From Mobula hypostoma (taxonomy: Eukaryota), in contig NC_086097.1 of assembly GCF_963921235.1 (NCBI RefSeq), positions 156,056,001-156,120,000 of the forward strand: a stretch of 64,000 bases of DNA, in the 5' to 3' direction. The notes below the pieces were generated by a model that worked only from the letters and a program-made list of their open reading frames with translations, did no database searches and was not told where the DNA came from. The position numbers were made by a program, and so were the translations under genes. Numbering within the stretch: the first letter of the stretch is position 1; each line of letters begins with the position of its first letter. Positions 24,108 to 36,094 of this stretch are shown here, in pieces.

Positions 24108-24361
24108 CTATCACCTCCCTGCCTCCCTTTCCCCACCCCTTTATCTTTCCCTTACTGGTTTATCACCTACCAGCCTTCTCCTTACCACCCTCCCCCCACC
24201 TTCTTTATAGGGCCTCTGCCCCTTCCCTCTACAGTCCTGATGAAGGGTTCCGGCCCGAAACGTCGACTGATCTTTTCCACGGATGCTGCCCGACCTGCTG
24301 AGTTCCTCCAGCGTGTTGTGAGTGTTGTTTTGACCCCAGCATCTGCAGATTATTTTGTGTT
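24108..24361 (+). mobile_element. Penelope terminal fragment with hammerhead motif
   Basis: Flanking duplication ATCACTTT (24100-24107, 24362-24369); removing it restores the Nimb ORF1 reading SQQGKVIRLCK. Confidence 0.9.
24232..24269 (+). ncRNA. Minimal type I hammerhead ribozyme (Penelope type), intact core
   Basis: CAGTC-CTGATGA-A-GGGTTCCGGCCC-GAAAC-GTC-GACTG: stem I CAGTC/GACTG, stem II GGG/CCC, vestigial palindromic stem III, GUC cleavage triplet. Confidence 0.85.
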
Positions 24362-25800
24362 ATCACTTTACCTTGCTGAGAACTATCCCGACAAATCACT
24401 AATAGCGATCCATTTCATAAAATCTTTGCTCCTTTAATCTCGCGTAGAGTTTTGTTGAGCATCTTTGTCAAACGAATCGGGTTCCAATCACTAAATGATG
24501 TCCCGTCTTCACTTAGTTTTATATTTGTTTTAATTTCATCTTCTTTCCATTGTTTTGCTGTCCTGTTTTGATCATCCGCTGATTCCTCAGAGTTTCATAT
24601 GCCGTACCTCTGCTTTCTTTTCTTCCTCTTTCCATTCCGTTCCTCTTTCCCACCAACCTCCATCTCTAGTTCGCTTCCACTCTCGTCAAGAACTTCCTTC
24701 AACAGCTTGGCCCTTTCCTTGATGTTCTCTCTCTCTCCGCCATTTTCCAGTCACAACTCAATTCAACCAGCCCGCAACCAGAGGCTGAATCCTGAAACTA
24801 TTTATGAAGCTAGCACAAACGAGAATCAGCTGCCTCAACAGAAACTGGGGAAGACCGGAAAACCTGGAATAAGGAACATGGACCGGACCGTGAACCGGAA
24901 TGTGGATTTCACGGACAATCACTTAGGAGACATGTCCTAGGCCCAGTACATAAGTGTAATTACAACGAAAGCATGGGAGCACCTCTAATTCCTTAGGAGT
25001 TTATGAGATTTGGCATGACATCTAAAACTTTGACAAACTTCTATAGCTGTGTGGTGGAGATATATCAACTGGCTGCATCACAGCCTGGTATGGAAACACC
25101 AATGCCCTTGAATGGAAATTCCTAAGAAAAGTAGCACATTTACATGGAGAGTTGTTACAGGGAAGAAGCATCTATCATTAGAGACCCCCACCACCCAAGA
25201 TGTGTTTTCTTCTCACTGCTACCACCCAAGATGTGTTTTCTTCTCACTGCTACCATCAGGAAGAAGGTACAGGAGTCTTGGGGCTCTCACCACCAGGTCC
25301 AGAAACGGTTATTACTCCCAACAATCAGGCTCTTGAACTGAAGGGGATAACTTCACTCATTTTCACTTGCCCCATCACTGAAATGTTCTCACAACTTATA
25401 GACTCACTTTCAAGGACTGTTAAGTTCATGTTCTCAATATCTATTGCTTGCTTTATTATTATTATTATTCCTTACTAACCATATAATCTTTTCATTTTCA
25501 CAGTTTGTTGTCTTTTGTGCATTGGTGCAGTCTTTCACTTATTCTATTATAGTTATTATTCTATTATGAATTTATTGAGTATGCCTGCAAGAAAATGAAT
25601 CTCAGGGTTGTATTTGGTGACCGATATGGACTTTGACAATAAAGTTACTTTGAACCTTTGAACTTTCACACTAGAGACCCTTGACCAGTATTGTGCTTCA
25701 CGGATCACTGCTGGGAGTTTAGTTGTTAGTGAGAACTATGTGTAAATGATCTGGATGAAAACAAAGGTGTTTTGATAAGAAAGCTTAAAAATGACACAGA

Positions 25801-26667
25801 TATAGCCTGGGGAAAAGTACACATGCAGGACAACAAATATTTTTTTGGGTTTTAATTCCTTTATCTGTTTTAGATGTTTAAGTTCCAGAAGAGGGTCGCA
25901 AAACAAAACGAACGAATTTACAACCAGTTCTTGCTGTTACAATCTCAGTTTAACGTTCGATCCACACCCTTGTGTATGGACAGAATTGCGTATGCAGTAT
26001 AAAAAATACCAGTACAAATACAGTAGTGGCAATTCTGAAGGAACACAATACAAACAACATTAGAATCCCACCCACCCTGCATTTTATACATAACAGCGAA
26101 AAATGTAAGCGAATACATCTCATCTAAGATGTACACACGTGCTGAACTTCTGAACAGAGACTAAACATTCATGTTACGCTGTTACATGCACAATCAGTCC
26201 AGGTATAATAAAGTTAGACAAAAGGTACACTTTGGCACAACTTTCACAAGGTATTGCCTGGTAGTTAAATTACAGGAAAACTGACCTACTTGGATGGTGA
26301 GAAACTTTGCATGAGCCACACGATCCAGTGTCGATGCCATTACTCGTGAAAATCGAAAGCATCCACATGTAAAACATGTCAAATTACCGATATTCTCGAT
26401 TTGCCAACAAGCATAAATGAATTCACATGGATATCGTCAACTAATGCTCACCTTTCCTCACCATGCCCAGTCTCGGGGAGGAATTCAATTCCAATGCCCC
26501 AACAGCGTCTTCAGCAGAAACAAAATGGTCTCCCCACTATCCCGCACATGCGTAATGACATCACCGTCTTCCTTAAAGGCACAGACAACTATTCTAGCAT
26601 TATCTGGATGGATGCCTAAGTACACTTTTAACAATACTGAGTAAGATCCGATGGTCACATGGTTACA
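25801..26667 (-). mobile_element. Solo LTR, 867 bp
   Basis: TATAGCC...GGTTACA termini (TG..CA with one change); flanks CAGA/CTGA; empty site gacacaaatattgg in copy C near 46650. Confidence 0.8.
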
Positions 26668-27894
26668 CTGATATTGGTAGAGTTGTGGATATTGAGCATG
26701 GATGTCAAAGGATACAGCAGGATATAAACCAAATAGGAAAATGGACCAAAAATTTACAGATGGACACTCGAAGAAGGATGTGGAGGCTTTGAAGAGGATG
26801 CAGAATTGGTTTACCGGGTGATGTCTGGATGAGATTGTGATAACCATCAAACTTGGATTATTTTTGTTGTAGCATTGGAAACTGAGGGGAGATCTGAGTG
26901 AAATATATAAAATTATGAGAAGTGTACACAGGGCAGATGGAGGCTTTTTCACAGGGTGAAAATGTCAGATATCGGGGGAGAGATGGGGAAAGGTTGGAGG
27001 AGAGGTGTGAGGCGATTTTATTCTGCATTCAGAGTTGTAGATGCCTGGAATCTGATACAAGGGAAGCATTTAAGAGGCATTTGGGCAGACATATAAACAG
27101 GCAGGACCTGATTGAATGCAGATCAGTTGCAAATGGATGAGATTAGTTCAAAGTACATTTTTTATCAAAGCATGTATGCAGTATACAATCCTGAAGTGCA
27201 TCTTTCCCACAGAAAGCCAAGAAACAAAGAACCATTGAACCAACCCGTTCAAAGAAAAATATCAAACATCAAAACCCTCTATCGCCCCATGTGCAAAAAC
27301 ATCAAACAGCAAGAGAAAAATGAGCAAAAACGTAGAATATAAAACAAAAAAGGCACATTTCAGTACAGTTCAGCTCTGTGTTCATTATCTACAGGCCATC
27401 CTGAATGTTAGGTTGACATTATAGGCATCACAGACATGATGGTCTAAAGGACTTGTTCTTTCACAATACGTTTCATATGTTTTGTGTTTTATAAAAATAA
27501 TAAGTTTTTTTGCTGTATTGTTGGGAGTGGGTGGGGGTGGTGCAACGTGACTATATGACAGAATCAAGATGGTTTGACTTACCTTCCTGATTCATTGATA
27601 CTTCGGTATTGCTTTATAAGGTGGATTACAAAGAAACATACAACGAAATGTATTGTTTGCATTACACGGATATCCTGGGGGCAGCTCCCAAGTGTTGCCA
27701 CACATTCTGGAACCAAATGAGCATGTCTATCATGCTCAGCAGAACAACACAGGACACAACAGAACAGAATACATGAAGTGACAAAACATCAATATCAAAA
27801 CAAGCCCCATTTCTCCATCGCACCCATACACAAACATAAACAGTGCTTCAACCCCAGGACAGGTATCTTCTTTCGCCTCCAATCTCCAATTAAT

Positions 27895-28240
27895 ATAGAT
27901 AGAACGTAGAACATAGAATAGTGCAGCATAGTACAGGCCCTTAGGCCAACATTGTTGTGCCGACCCTCAAACCCTGCCTCCCATATAACCCCCCCACCTT
28001 AAATTCCTCCATATACCTGTCTAGTAGTCTCTTAAATTTCACTAGTGTATCTGCCTCCACCACTGACTCAGGCAGTGCATTCCACGCACCACTCTCTGAG
28101 TAAAAAACCTTCCTCTAATATCCCCTTTGAATTTCCCACCCCTTACCTTAAAGCCACGTCCCCTTGTATTGAGCAGTGGTGCCCTGGGGAAGAGGCGCTG
28201 GCTGTTCACTCTATCCATTCCTCTTAATATCTTGTATACA
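27895..28240 (-). mobile_element. CR1 3' end, young
   Basis: ORF 28042..28269 VYKILRGMDRVNSQRLFPR..NTRGRGFKVRGGKFKGDIRGRFFTQRVV; (AGAACAT)n tail. Confidence 0.9.
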
Positions 28241-30709
28241 TAACTTATGGTTTGCAGATATTGAGCCATTGAATTCCCAGTAGATTAACCGAGAATCGTA
28301 AACTTGGAGCAGTGGCCATCAGGCTTTGATTTCTGGACTACCTATTGACCTTTTAGGCTTTGATCTAGACTTCCAATGGACCCCCCCCCCCACCCACCAG
28401 GTTTTGATCCTCAGCATTGATACAGGACTCTCCAGTGATGATGAATGTAGACTCAAAATCTAGGCGTCAATCTCTAGACTCACTAATGATAGCACTCCGA
28501 ACACTAGCATCAAACCCTGGGTTCCCAATTTGCACACCAAAGGTTTCACTTCTCTTCTTTCCTCATGCTGCATGGAACTTAGGTCCTGGAACATGTCGGC
28601 TACTCCAGCCCTTCTCCTTACAGGTCTGTGGACTATGCCTATGTCAACAACCTTCGAACGCGGAGTCGAGGCTTAGACTCTGGCCTGTCCTCTAGCTCCC
28701 CCACAGCTCTGTCCCTGTAGCCTAATGTGATACCTAACACACTTCTTTGTCGTTTGCTTGCTTTTGTTTTGCTCAGAATTTCATCTGCTATTTAAAAAAA
28801 ATACAAAAGCCAATATAGAGAGGTTAAATGTCAAAGCATTGATGACTGCAGCAGTAAATTGATGAGAACAAAGAAAGTGTAGAACACACTGACCAGGCTC
28901 ACGTGAAAAACAGAACATGAAAATGAAATGTTTTATCCTCCAGAGAGAATTACGATGGGGGATAATCACAAACTGTCCAGGGAGAATTGTTCTCTTATCT
29001 GTGTTATGAAACATGTTCAACAGTGTTCACTGTTGCTTAAATAAGTTGTTAATTATGCAGATTTCAATTAAGTGCTTTTAATTTTCATGTCAACTTTGAG
29101 CTTGTTAGTTTTTTCTCTTGGTTAGATAAATAATAGAGTCAATTCTGGTAACATGAAGGTAAAATGCATATACAATTTTGTTCTGTCGGTCAAAACAAAA
29201 GTGCTAACACTCAGAAGAATTAACCTGAAGTGGGAATTTGGCTCACAAATGACAATCACTGGTGTGTATTTATTCAGATCAGAAGAGCGGAAGCAGCAAT
29301 CAAAATCTAAACAGAGTAGAGATGCAAGATGAGAGAGGCAGTTTGAAGATGAAACTATCAGCAGTAATAGGAGCAAACAGTCAGGGCAATGGAGCATAAA
29401 GAGATAATAGCCAGCATGGTTAGCTTTTGTGTGATGTGCTCGGAATGCTCACTTACTGTAACTGGGATGTCTTGTGTTTGGTGATCATTTATCACAGCAG
29501 ATCACTCACCCATAATAAATCAGGTCTCATGTAAATTAATGTTAATGGTTCTCCAATGGATTAGTTGAGCTAAATAACTAACAAAGTGACGTAGCTAAAA
29601 ATCCGCTCTGTGGCTTCAAGCTTTGAAACTTTAGATAAATACATTGTTAGCTTTCATAGTAAATCATGAGAAGTTGATGTTAATTTAAATATGAAATAGT
29701 AACATTGGATAGAATATTACATCAAAACTGCAAAGTAAACGGGATGAAAGTTTGTAATTAGAAGATATTTAACTAATAACTACATTGTTTGTCACCAGTC
29801 AATTATATCATCCTGTGCAAATATGATTCTGCCACTGTAACACCACCATGGGATAGACAGAATTGAAAATAAATGACTAGAAGTTTTCTGATTTAAAAAC
29901 CCGTTTGTGGTTAATGATGATAGTTAGGATGTGTTAGCAAGGAATAATGTAGAATACTGGGTCTGAGCGGCAGCTGCCAGGGAATAGGCCTACATGATTC
30001 CATGAAATGACCAGTTCTTCTTTAGGTTACAAGAAACAAATACTCACAAGTCATGTAAAAGCTTACTTATGCACACATGTTTGAAAGCCAGCCTGTTATT
30101 TGCACTTCATACCATCCTATTTCAAATATTGTCTTGGTGAAAGTCTTCTGTCTTCTCTCCAGTGTAGTTGCAACTGTTCTATATAGTGTGATGACCGGAA
30201 CTGCACACAATATGATAGTTGTAGACCAATCGGTATTTTATAAATCTGTATCATACTCTCCTTGTGTTGGAATAGCTACCAGTTGTTTCATTAGCATCCA
30301 TCTTCATCTCTCCCATGTAGTGTCTACCATTCATTTTAGCAGTCAGTCAAGCAGTTGTTCTACCATTTATTCAACCAGTCATCACCTCATCAGACACTTC
30401 TAGCCCCCCTTTCCTCTCCACTCTGAAGGAGATGGATCAGCAGAGCTGATGTTGGACTAAATCTAGCGTAGCACATACTCGTCACCTTAATTACTGTCAG
30501 CGATTTACTGTAAACATCAGTGCATTCACTTTATAAGATGATACTGGTTACATTGATCAATATCAAATATGGCTTCCGTCTCTACGTGTTAGGAATCAGT
30601 GTATTCACCTTATGTTGCTGTAAGTTAATCTCGATGAATACTAAATGTAGCTATTCAGACCCAACGTTGTAGAATTACTTCACTCATCAATGATTTGCAG
30701 GTATTAAAA

Positions 30710-31350
30710 GCTCCTTTTGTCTGCTCTGCTATTCAATCATGGCTCATTTATTTTTCCTCTCAAACCCACTTTCCTGCCTTCTCCCCTTAACCTTTGACAC
30801 CCTTATTAAACAAGAACCCTTGAAACTCCACTTTAATTGTACCTAATGTCTTGGCCTCCGCACTGTCTGTGACAGTGAATTCCTCAGATTCACTATCTTT
30901 GGCTAATGAATTTCCATTCCACTCAGTTGCAAATGGATGTCCTTCTATTCTAAGGCTGCAAGCTCTGGTCCTAGATTTCCCCACAAGTAGACTCACCCCC
31001 ATGAGTCCTCTCTATCTGAGTATTTCAATATTCTGTAGATTATGATGAGATCCCACTTCATTCTATTGAACTTCAGTGAGTGCAGCCCCACTTTAACCCT
31101 ATCATTCCCAGGATTATTTTCTTGAATCTCTCTGGACCTTCTCCAAGGCCAGCATGTCCTTTCTCGGATATGGGGCCCAGAACTGCTCATAGTAATGTAA
31201 ATACTGTCTGATCAACACCTTAAAAGCCTCAACATGACATTTTTGCGTTTATACCCTTAATCGTTTGGAAATGAATGCTAAGTACCAACTCAGCCTACAA
31301 TTTAATGTTTAGGGAACTCTGCACTAGAACTCCAAGGTTAGTTTGCATTT
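30710..31350 (-). mobile_element. Old CR1 3' fragment
   Basis: KSRTRACSLRIEGHPFATE (30787..31002) and GLHSLKFNRMKWDLI (30993..31190). Confidence 0.75.
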
Positions 31351-31738
31351 CTTTCTCCTGGGCAGGCAGCACCCCAGATCAGCAACTGCCTAGGTTTCGA
31401 GGTTCATGCAATTCATTTGCTCAAGTCCAGGAGTTCAAATCCCATGATTGTTGAATCCTAGGGTCAATACTGGAGGTTGAAGCCCTGAGGTCGAACACCG
31501 AAGGCAGCGGTACTGGTGGTTGAGGCCATTGTCTGCTGTTCTTCAAGTCCAGGCCAGGGAATGGTTGTTGGAGGCCTGAAAGAGGCCTATCGTGGTGTTA
31601 AAGGTGTTTCCCTGTGTTTGAGTGGGTCCGCCGAACATTGTGGACATGCTATGTTGTCCCCAGAATGAGTGGTGTCACTTATGGACTGCTCTAACACATC
31701 CTAAGGTGTTGTTGTTTATCCACACAAACTACACATTT

Positions 31739-31930
31739 CGCTGGAGGAACTCAGCAGGCCGGGCAGCATCAATGGAAAAGAGTAGTGATGACATTTCAGG
31801 TAGAGACCCTTCATCAGGACTGGAAAAAAAAGATGAGGAGTCAGAGGCTGCCTGGCCTGCTGAGTTCCTCCAGCATTTTCTGTGTGTTGCTTGGATTTCC
31901 AGCATCTGCAGATTCTCTCTTGTTTGTGAT
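31739..31930. mobile_element. Two Penelope termini in inverted orientation; minus copy has a hammerhead core (31785-31822)
   Basis: 31740-31768 is the reverse complement of 31846-31875; minus strand reads CAGTC-CTGATGA-AGGGTCTCTACCT-GAAATGTC. Confidence 0.8.
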
Positions 31931-32059
31931 TGGACCACGCATTGCACTGTATGTCTAAGTAAATAAATGTTATCTTGAATCTGAATTTCTGATTCCTGAA
32001 TTTGCTCCACATTTAGAAAATAGTTTATAACTTTTTTTTTCCTGGTACCAGTGTCCATG

Positions 32060-32960
32060 GCTACATAATTCTCTATGCTGTAACTTCTTTGGTCATTCTC
32101 CTAATTTGTTCAAGTCTTTCTGCAAACGTCCTGCCTCCTCATCACTACCTGCCCCTCCACATATCTTCATCTCATCACAAACGTGGCCACAAAAACCATT
32201 AACTTATCATGTGGAAAGTAGTGAACCCAACATCAGTCTCTGCAGAACACCATTAGTCACCAGCTGCCAAACAGAAAAAGCCCCCATTATTCTTACCCAT
32301 TTGTTCTACCAATCAGAAAATCCTCTGTCAATGCTAGTATTGTTTCTGTAATGCTATGGCTCTTATTTTGCTTAGCAGACTCATGATCAGAACCTTGTCA
32401 AAGGCCTTCTGAAAATCCAAGCAAACAACATCCATTAACTCTCATTTGTCTATCCTGCTTGTTATTTTCTCAAAGAATTCCAAAAGGTTTCCTTTTAAGG
32501 GAACCATGCTGACTTTGGCCTACATAATAATAAAAAATAATAATAATTAGAGTCTCTAACAATGGACTCTAATGTCTTGTAAACCACTGAGATCAGAATA
32601 ACTGGCCTACAATTATTTATCTATTGCATCCATATCATCTGAAAGAGCGGAGTGACTTTTGAGATCTTCCAGTTCTCCAGAAATATTCCAGAAATTAGTG
32701 ATTCTTGAAAGATCACTATTAATGCATCTATAGCTAACTTTTTCCAGAACCTGGGGTGTACTTCATACGGTCCAGTTGACTTACCTATCTTCAGACCTTT
32801 CAGCTTCCTAGGCACCTTCTCTCTAGTAATTGCCTCTGTACTCACTTCCACAATGAAGACTGATGCAAAATGCTTACTGAGTTCATCCACCATTTCTGTG
32901 TACCATGTTACTACCTCTGCATTGTCATTTTCCAGTGATACAATGTCCACTCTTAACTCT
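32060..32960 (-). mobile_element. Old CR1 ORF2 fragments
   Basis: ORF 32621..32950 KLKGLKIGKSTGPYEVHPR..NWKISKVTPLF; LDFQKAFDKV near 32400. Confidence 0.8.
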
Positions 32961-33104
32961 TTTGGTATCTGCTTTATGGAGTATGAATTCTATCATGTTA
33001 TAATCACTGCCTCCTAATGGTTCATTTACCTTATGCTCCCTAATCTCTGATTCATTACAAAAATTTTCAAAAATATTTTAATTCTACACTGTCTGTTGAC
33101 TATG

Positions 33105-33312
33105 AATGTTTCATCTGGGTTCTGCAGTTTCCTCTCACATTCCTAAAGATACTGCTAGAATTAGGGTTAGTGAGTTGTGTGCATGCTATGTTGGTGCTGG
33201 AAGTGTGTAGATACTTGTGGGCTGCTCCCAGCACTATCCCCAGACTATGTTGTTAATTGATGTGAACAAAGCATTTCATTGTATGCTTCAATTTACATCT
33301 GACAAATAAAGG
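33105..33312 (+). mobile_element. V-domain SINE fragment
   Basis: gtttcatctgggttctgcagtttcctctcacattcctaaaga (V-domain), ending gacaaataaagg. Confidence 0.65.
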
Positions 33313-33527
33313 TAAATATTTCTTACCTTTAATCAAGCTTGACAAGGTCATTTGAAAAAATACCTCAGAAAGTCTCCATCTTCCTAATAGTATGAACTTT
33401 TGACACTTCACCTGCACTAATTTCCATTCACATCCAGCAATAAAAATAACATAAAAATAATCTAGTGCTTTCTTGTATATGACGAATGGGCTTCGAGCCA
33501 AGTACACGTACTACTATCTTCACCATC

Positions 33528-33765
33528 GGAGGAGGGAGGGGAGGGAACGTCGACTCAGACAAAGAGAGGCCCGCGTCGGGACATTTTCATGCCTTACAAG
33601 GCGCAGATTGGAAGTCTGTGTGGGGCGCCAGTCCTCGCACAGACACTAGAGCAATGTGCGATTAAGTGCCTCGCTCAAGGACACAAACACACTGCCACAG
33701 CTGAGGCTCGAACTAGCAACCTTCAGATCACTGGACGAACGCCTTAACCACTTGGCCACGTGCCC
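33528..33765 (-). mobile_element. tRNA-derived SINE with CORE-like domain
   Basis: Minus strand GGGCACGTGGCCAAGTGGTTAAGGCG (A box)...GTTCGAGCC (B box), then gtgtccttgagcgaggcacttaa; (CCCTC)n tail. Confidence 0.85.
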
Positions 33766-33778
33766 AACACATCATCGA

Positions 33779-34178
33779 AATATGATCCCTTCTTTGTAGA
33801 ACTCGGCATCTTGGACCTGCAGAAGTGGTCCACTGCAGGTGTGATTGATAAGTTTGTGGTCTAAGGTAGATGGAGATGAGTTATACAGCTCTCGTTACAT
33901 GCACATGCAGTTCAACTCTTTGAGTGATTATGCAGAAAGTTTGAAGTCAATAACTCATCTCCGTCTACCTTAGGCACAAACTTATCAATCACCCCTGCTG
34001 TGAACCACTTCTGGAGATCCATGACGTCAACTTCTACAAAGAAGGGATCATATGCTCCACGACCGCTGGACTAAGAGTGTAAATGTAAGATGGAACTATG
34101 TTGAAAAATAAATGTGCTAGGTTTTCTAAAATTGACTCCTTCTACCTTAGGCAATGAACATATCAATCACCCCTCGTA
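33779..34178. mobile_element. Mariner-derived palindromic MITE
   Basis: Right TIR ...TATCAATCACCCCTCG-TA; two internal TIR copies; decayed mariner C-terminus (NFYKEGI..RWTK.VNV..NYVEK*) at 34025-34110. Confidence 0.8.
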
Positions 34179-34189
34179 TGTAGGAAAAG

Positions 34190-34750
34190 GGATGAGGTCC
34201 TGAAGAGAGAAATAGGTAGAAAGCTGAAAAGCAGGAACTTCAGGATCGTGATCTTTAGTTTACTGCCTGTACCATGCACCAATGAAGATAAGAATAGAAT
34301 GGTTTGGTAAATGAATGTATGGATGAGGAACTGGTGCAGGGGGCAGGGTTTCAGATTTTTGGAACAGTGGGATCTCTTTTGGGAAGTTATGACCTGTGCA
34401 AAAAGGATGAATTATACCTGAATCTGGGGGGGGCGTGGGGAGGGGTGCGCTGATATCCTTGCGAGCTAGTTTGCTAGAGCTGTTGTGGAGGGTTTAAGCT
34501 AATTTGACAAGAGGATAGGAATTAGGGTGATAGGACTGAGACTGGAGCTATTGGTACACATGGAAGTGCAGTATATGTTGAGACTGTGAGGAAGGACAGG
34601 GAGATGATAGGGCAAAATTGCAGTCAGTGGGATCAGCTGAAGTGTATCATGGGGCAAAATTAAAAGGGGAGATTGGGGCTGAGAAGAAAAATGTATCAGC
34701 CATGATGAAATTACCTAATTCTGCTCTTATATCTTATGGTCTTATGGTCT
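34190..34750 (+). mobile_element. CR1 ORF1 SGNH-esterase fragment plus CR1 tail
   Basis: MNVWMRNWCRGQGFRFLEQWDLF-like coding sequence; (CTTATGGT)n tail at 34730-34750. Confidence 0.75.
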
Positions 34751-35364
34751 GACACTGTTGAGTTTCTGGCATACTACTGGTGCCTTCCACAGTGAACACC
34801 GACAGAATATTTATTAAGTTTATCCGTTATTTCTTTGTCCCCCATTACTACCTCTCCAGCATCATTTTTCTAGTGTTTCAGTATCCAGTCTTGCCTCTCT
34901 TTTACTCTTTATATATCTGTAAAAATTTTGGTATACACCTCTATATTATTGTGTAGCTTATCTTTGTATTTACATTGTCTCTCCATTTTGTTTTTTAGCT
35001 TTTGCTGCAGTTCACAACCAGACCATAGGATATCTTGAAAGACTTTATCAGCAAAAGGAATGATTGTTCTGAAAACTATATGTAGTGATTCCGCAAATTA
35101 ATTTACAAATCATTATTCTAAGTAAGATTTCTAGAGAGAATAACAATAAATTCTTTTGAAAGAATTTTGAAAATTTAGATATTAATCAACTAATAAAAAA
35201 GCAGAAAATGTTAAAAACGCTCAGCTGCCCAGACAGCATCTGTGAAAAGGGATACAAAGATGACATTTCACATCAAAAACACTTCATCATATAAATCTGC
35301 TTATTTTAATTTGTTAAGGAAGGTTAGATTAGACAAGGAATAATAGAGTAAGGTCAGTTATTCA

Positions 35365-35850
35365 GTTCTGTTTTTTTCATTATATGAAGAATGTGAAAGC
35401 ATTAAAGAGGGTGCAGATGTAACCTGGGTTAGGGACAAGCTTTATGAAGAAAGGCTAAGTGAGCTAAGACTTTTCTCCTCGAAGTGAAGGAGGATAAGAG
35501 GTTACAGTTACATGATAGAGTTGTATAAGATAATAAGAGTCACAGATAGAAGGGCTAACTACCACCTTTTACCCAGGGTGGCAATGGCTAACACAAGAGG
35601 ACGTAATTTTATAGCAATTGGAGGAAAGTATAGTGGAGATGTCTGTGATAAGTATATGAAATGCACTGCCTGGGGTGGCGGCAAAAGCAGATACATTAGA
35701 AACATTTAAGAGACTCTTACATCAGCATGTGGAAGAAAGAAAAATGGAGGGCTCTGTGGGAGGAAAGTGTAAGATTGATCTTAGAGTAATGAAAATAGCG
35801 TGGGCTAGGGAGCATGCCTGTATTGAGTTGTACTGTTCTATATCCTATGC
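35365..35850 (+). mobile_element. CR1 3' fragment
   Basis: ORF 35512 MIELYKIIRVTDR..MANTRGRNF. Confidence 0.75.
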
Positions 35851-36094
35851 CAGGATTGCCATGGCTGATAGATTAATAAAGGAAGGAAATGAAAGATTAC
35901 ATAGAGCTGTGAGACGTTGGCTGCTAGTTAAAGAAATTACAAGCAAAGTTTGTTGAAGACACAAACTAGGGAACTGTAGTGACCAAGGGTGAACACGGCA
36001 AAACTGACCAATCATTCAAAGTTATAGCCTTGGAATTCATAGTATATCTTTCTACTAAGAGTTAAGGATTGATTTATCCTGTACAATATTCACA

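Larger units (their letters stand above)
22572..24773 (-). mobile_element. Nimb/I-clade LINE, internally deleted, both ends retained
   Basis: 12-bp TSD GCAACCAGAGGC (22560-22571, 24774-24785); (AAG)n 3' tail; ORF1 with CCHC knuckles; short ORF2 start followed by a large deletion. Confidence 0.9.
21239..24917 (-). mobile_element. Large solo LTR (Gypsy-like, ~1.47 kb net) carrying a nested Nimb LINE
   Basis: TGTCATG...CGGACA termini; exact 5-bp TSD ATCAC (21234-21238, 24918-24922); internal tandem repeats. Confidence 0.88.
19605..25665 (+). mobile_element. Rex1/Babar LINE ORF2 and 3' end, split by nested insertions
   Basis: FSEIFNFSLWQTGVPTCFKHASII (19784), [30 protein letters not shown] (20693), FKFLSVIT (21214-21238), resuming at 24923, LLPSGRRYRS (25250), (CTTTGAA)n tail near 25650. 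Confidence 0.9.
25670..30270 (+). repeat. Segmental duplication copy B
   Basis: Same order of CR1 fragment, SINE-like element and ancient L1 RT block as copies A and C; ccagggaataggcctac at 29977 and 52492. Confidence 0.85.

Noticed and set aside
29122..29397. Conserved MLHCxDCLLLLLLIVSSS ORF in copies B and C (also 51107..51289), resembling a signal peptide
   Set aside because: Frame is not conserved in copy A, B and C diverge by indels, and the opposite strand is decayed L1 RT.
33690..33765. tRNA-like sequence with A and B boxes
   Set aside because: The acceptor stem does not close and it runs into a CORE-like SINE body and tail; it is a SINE head.
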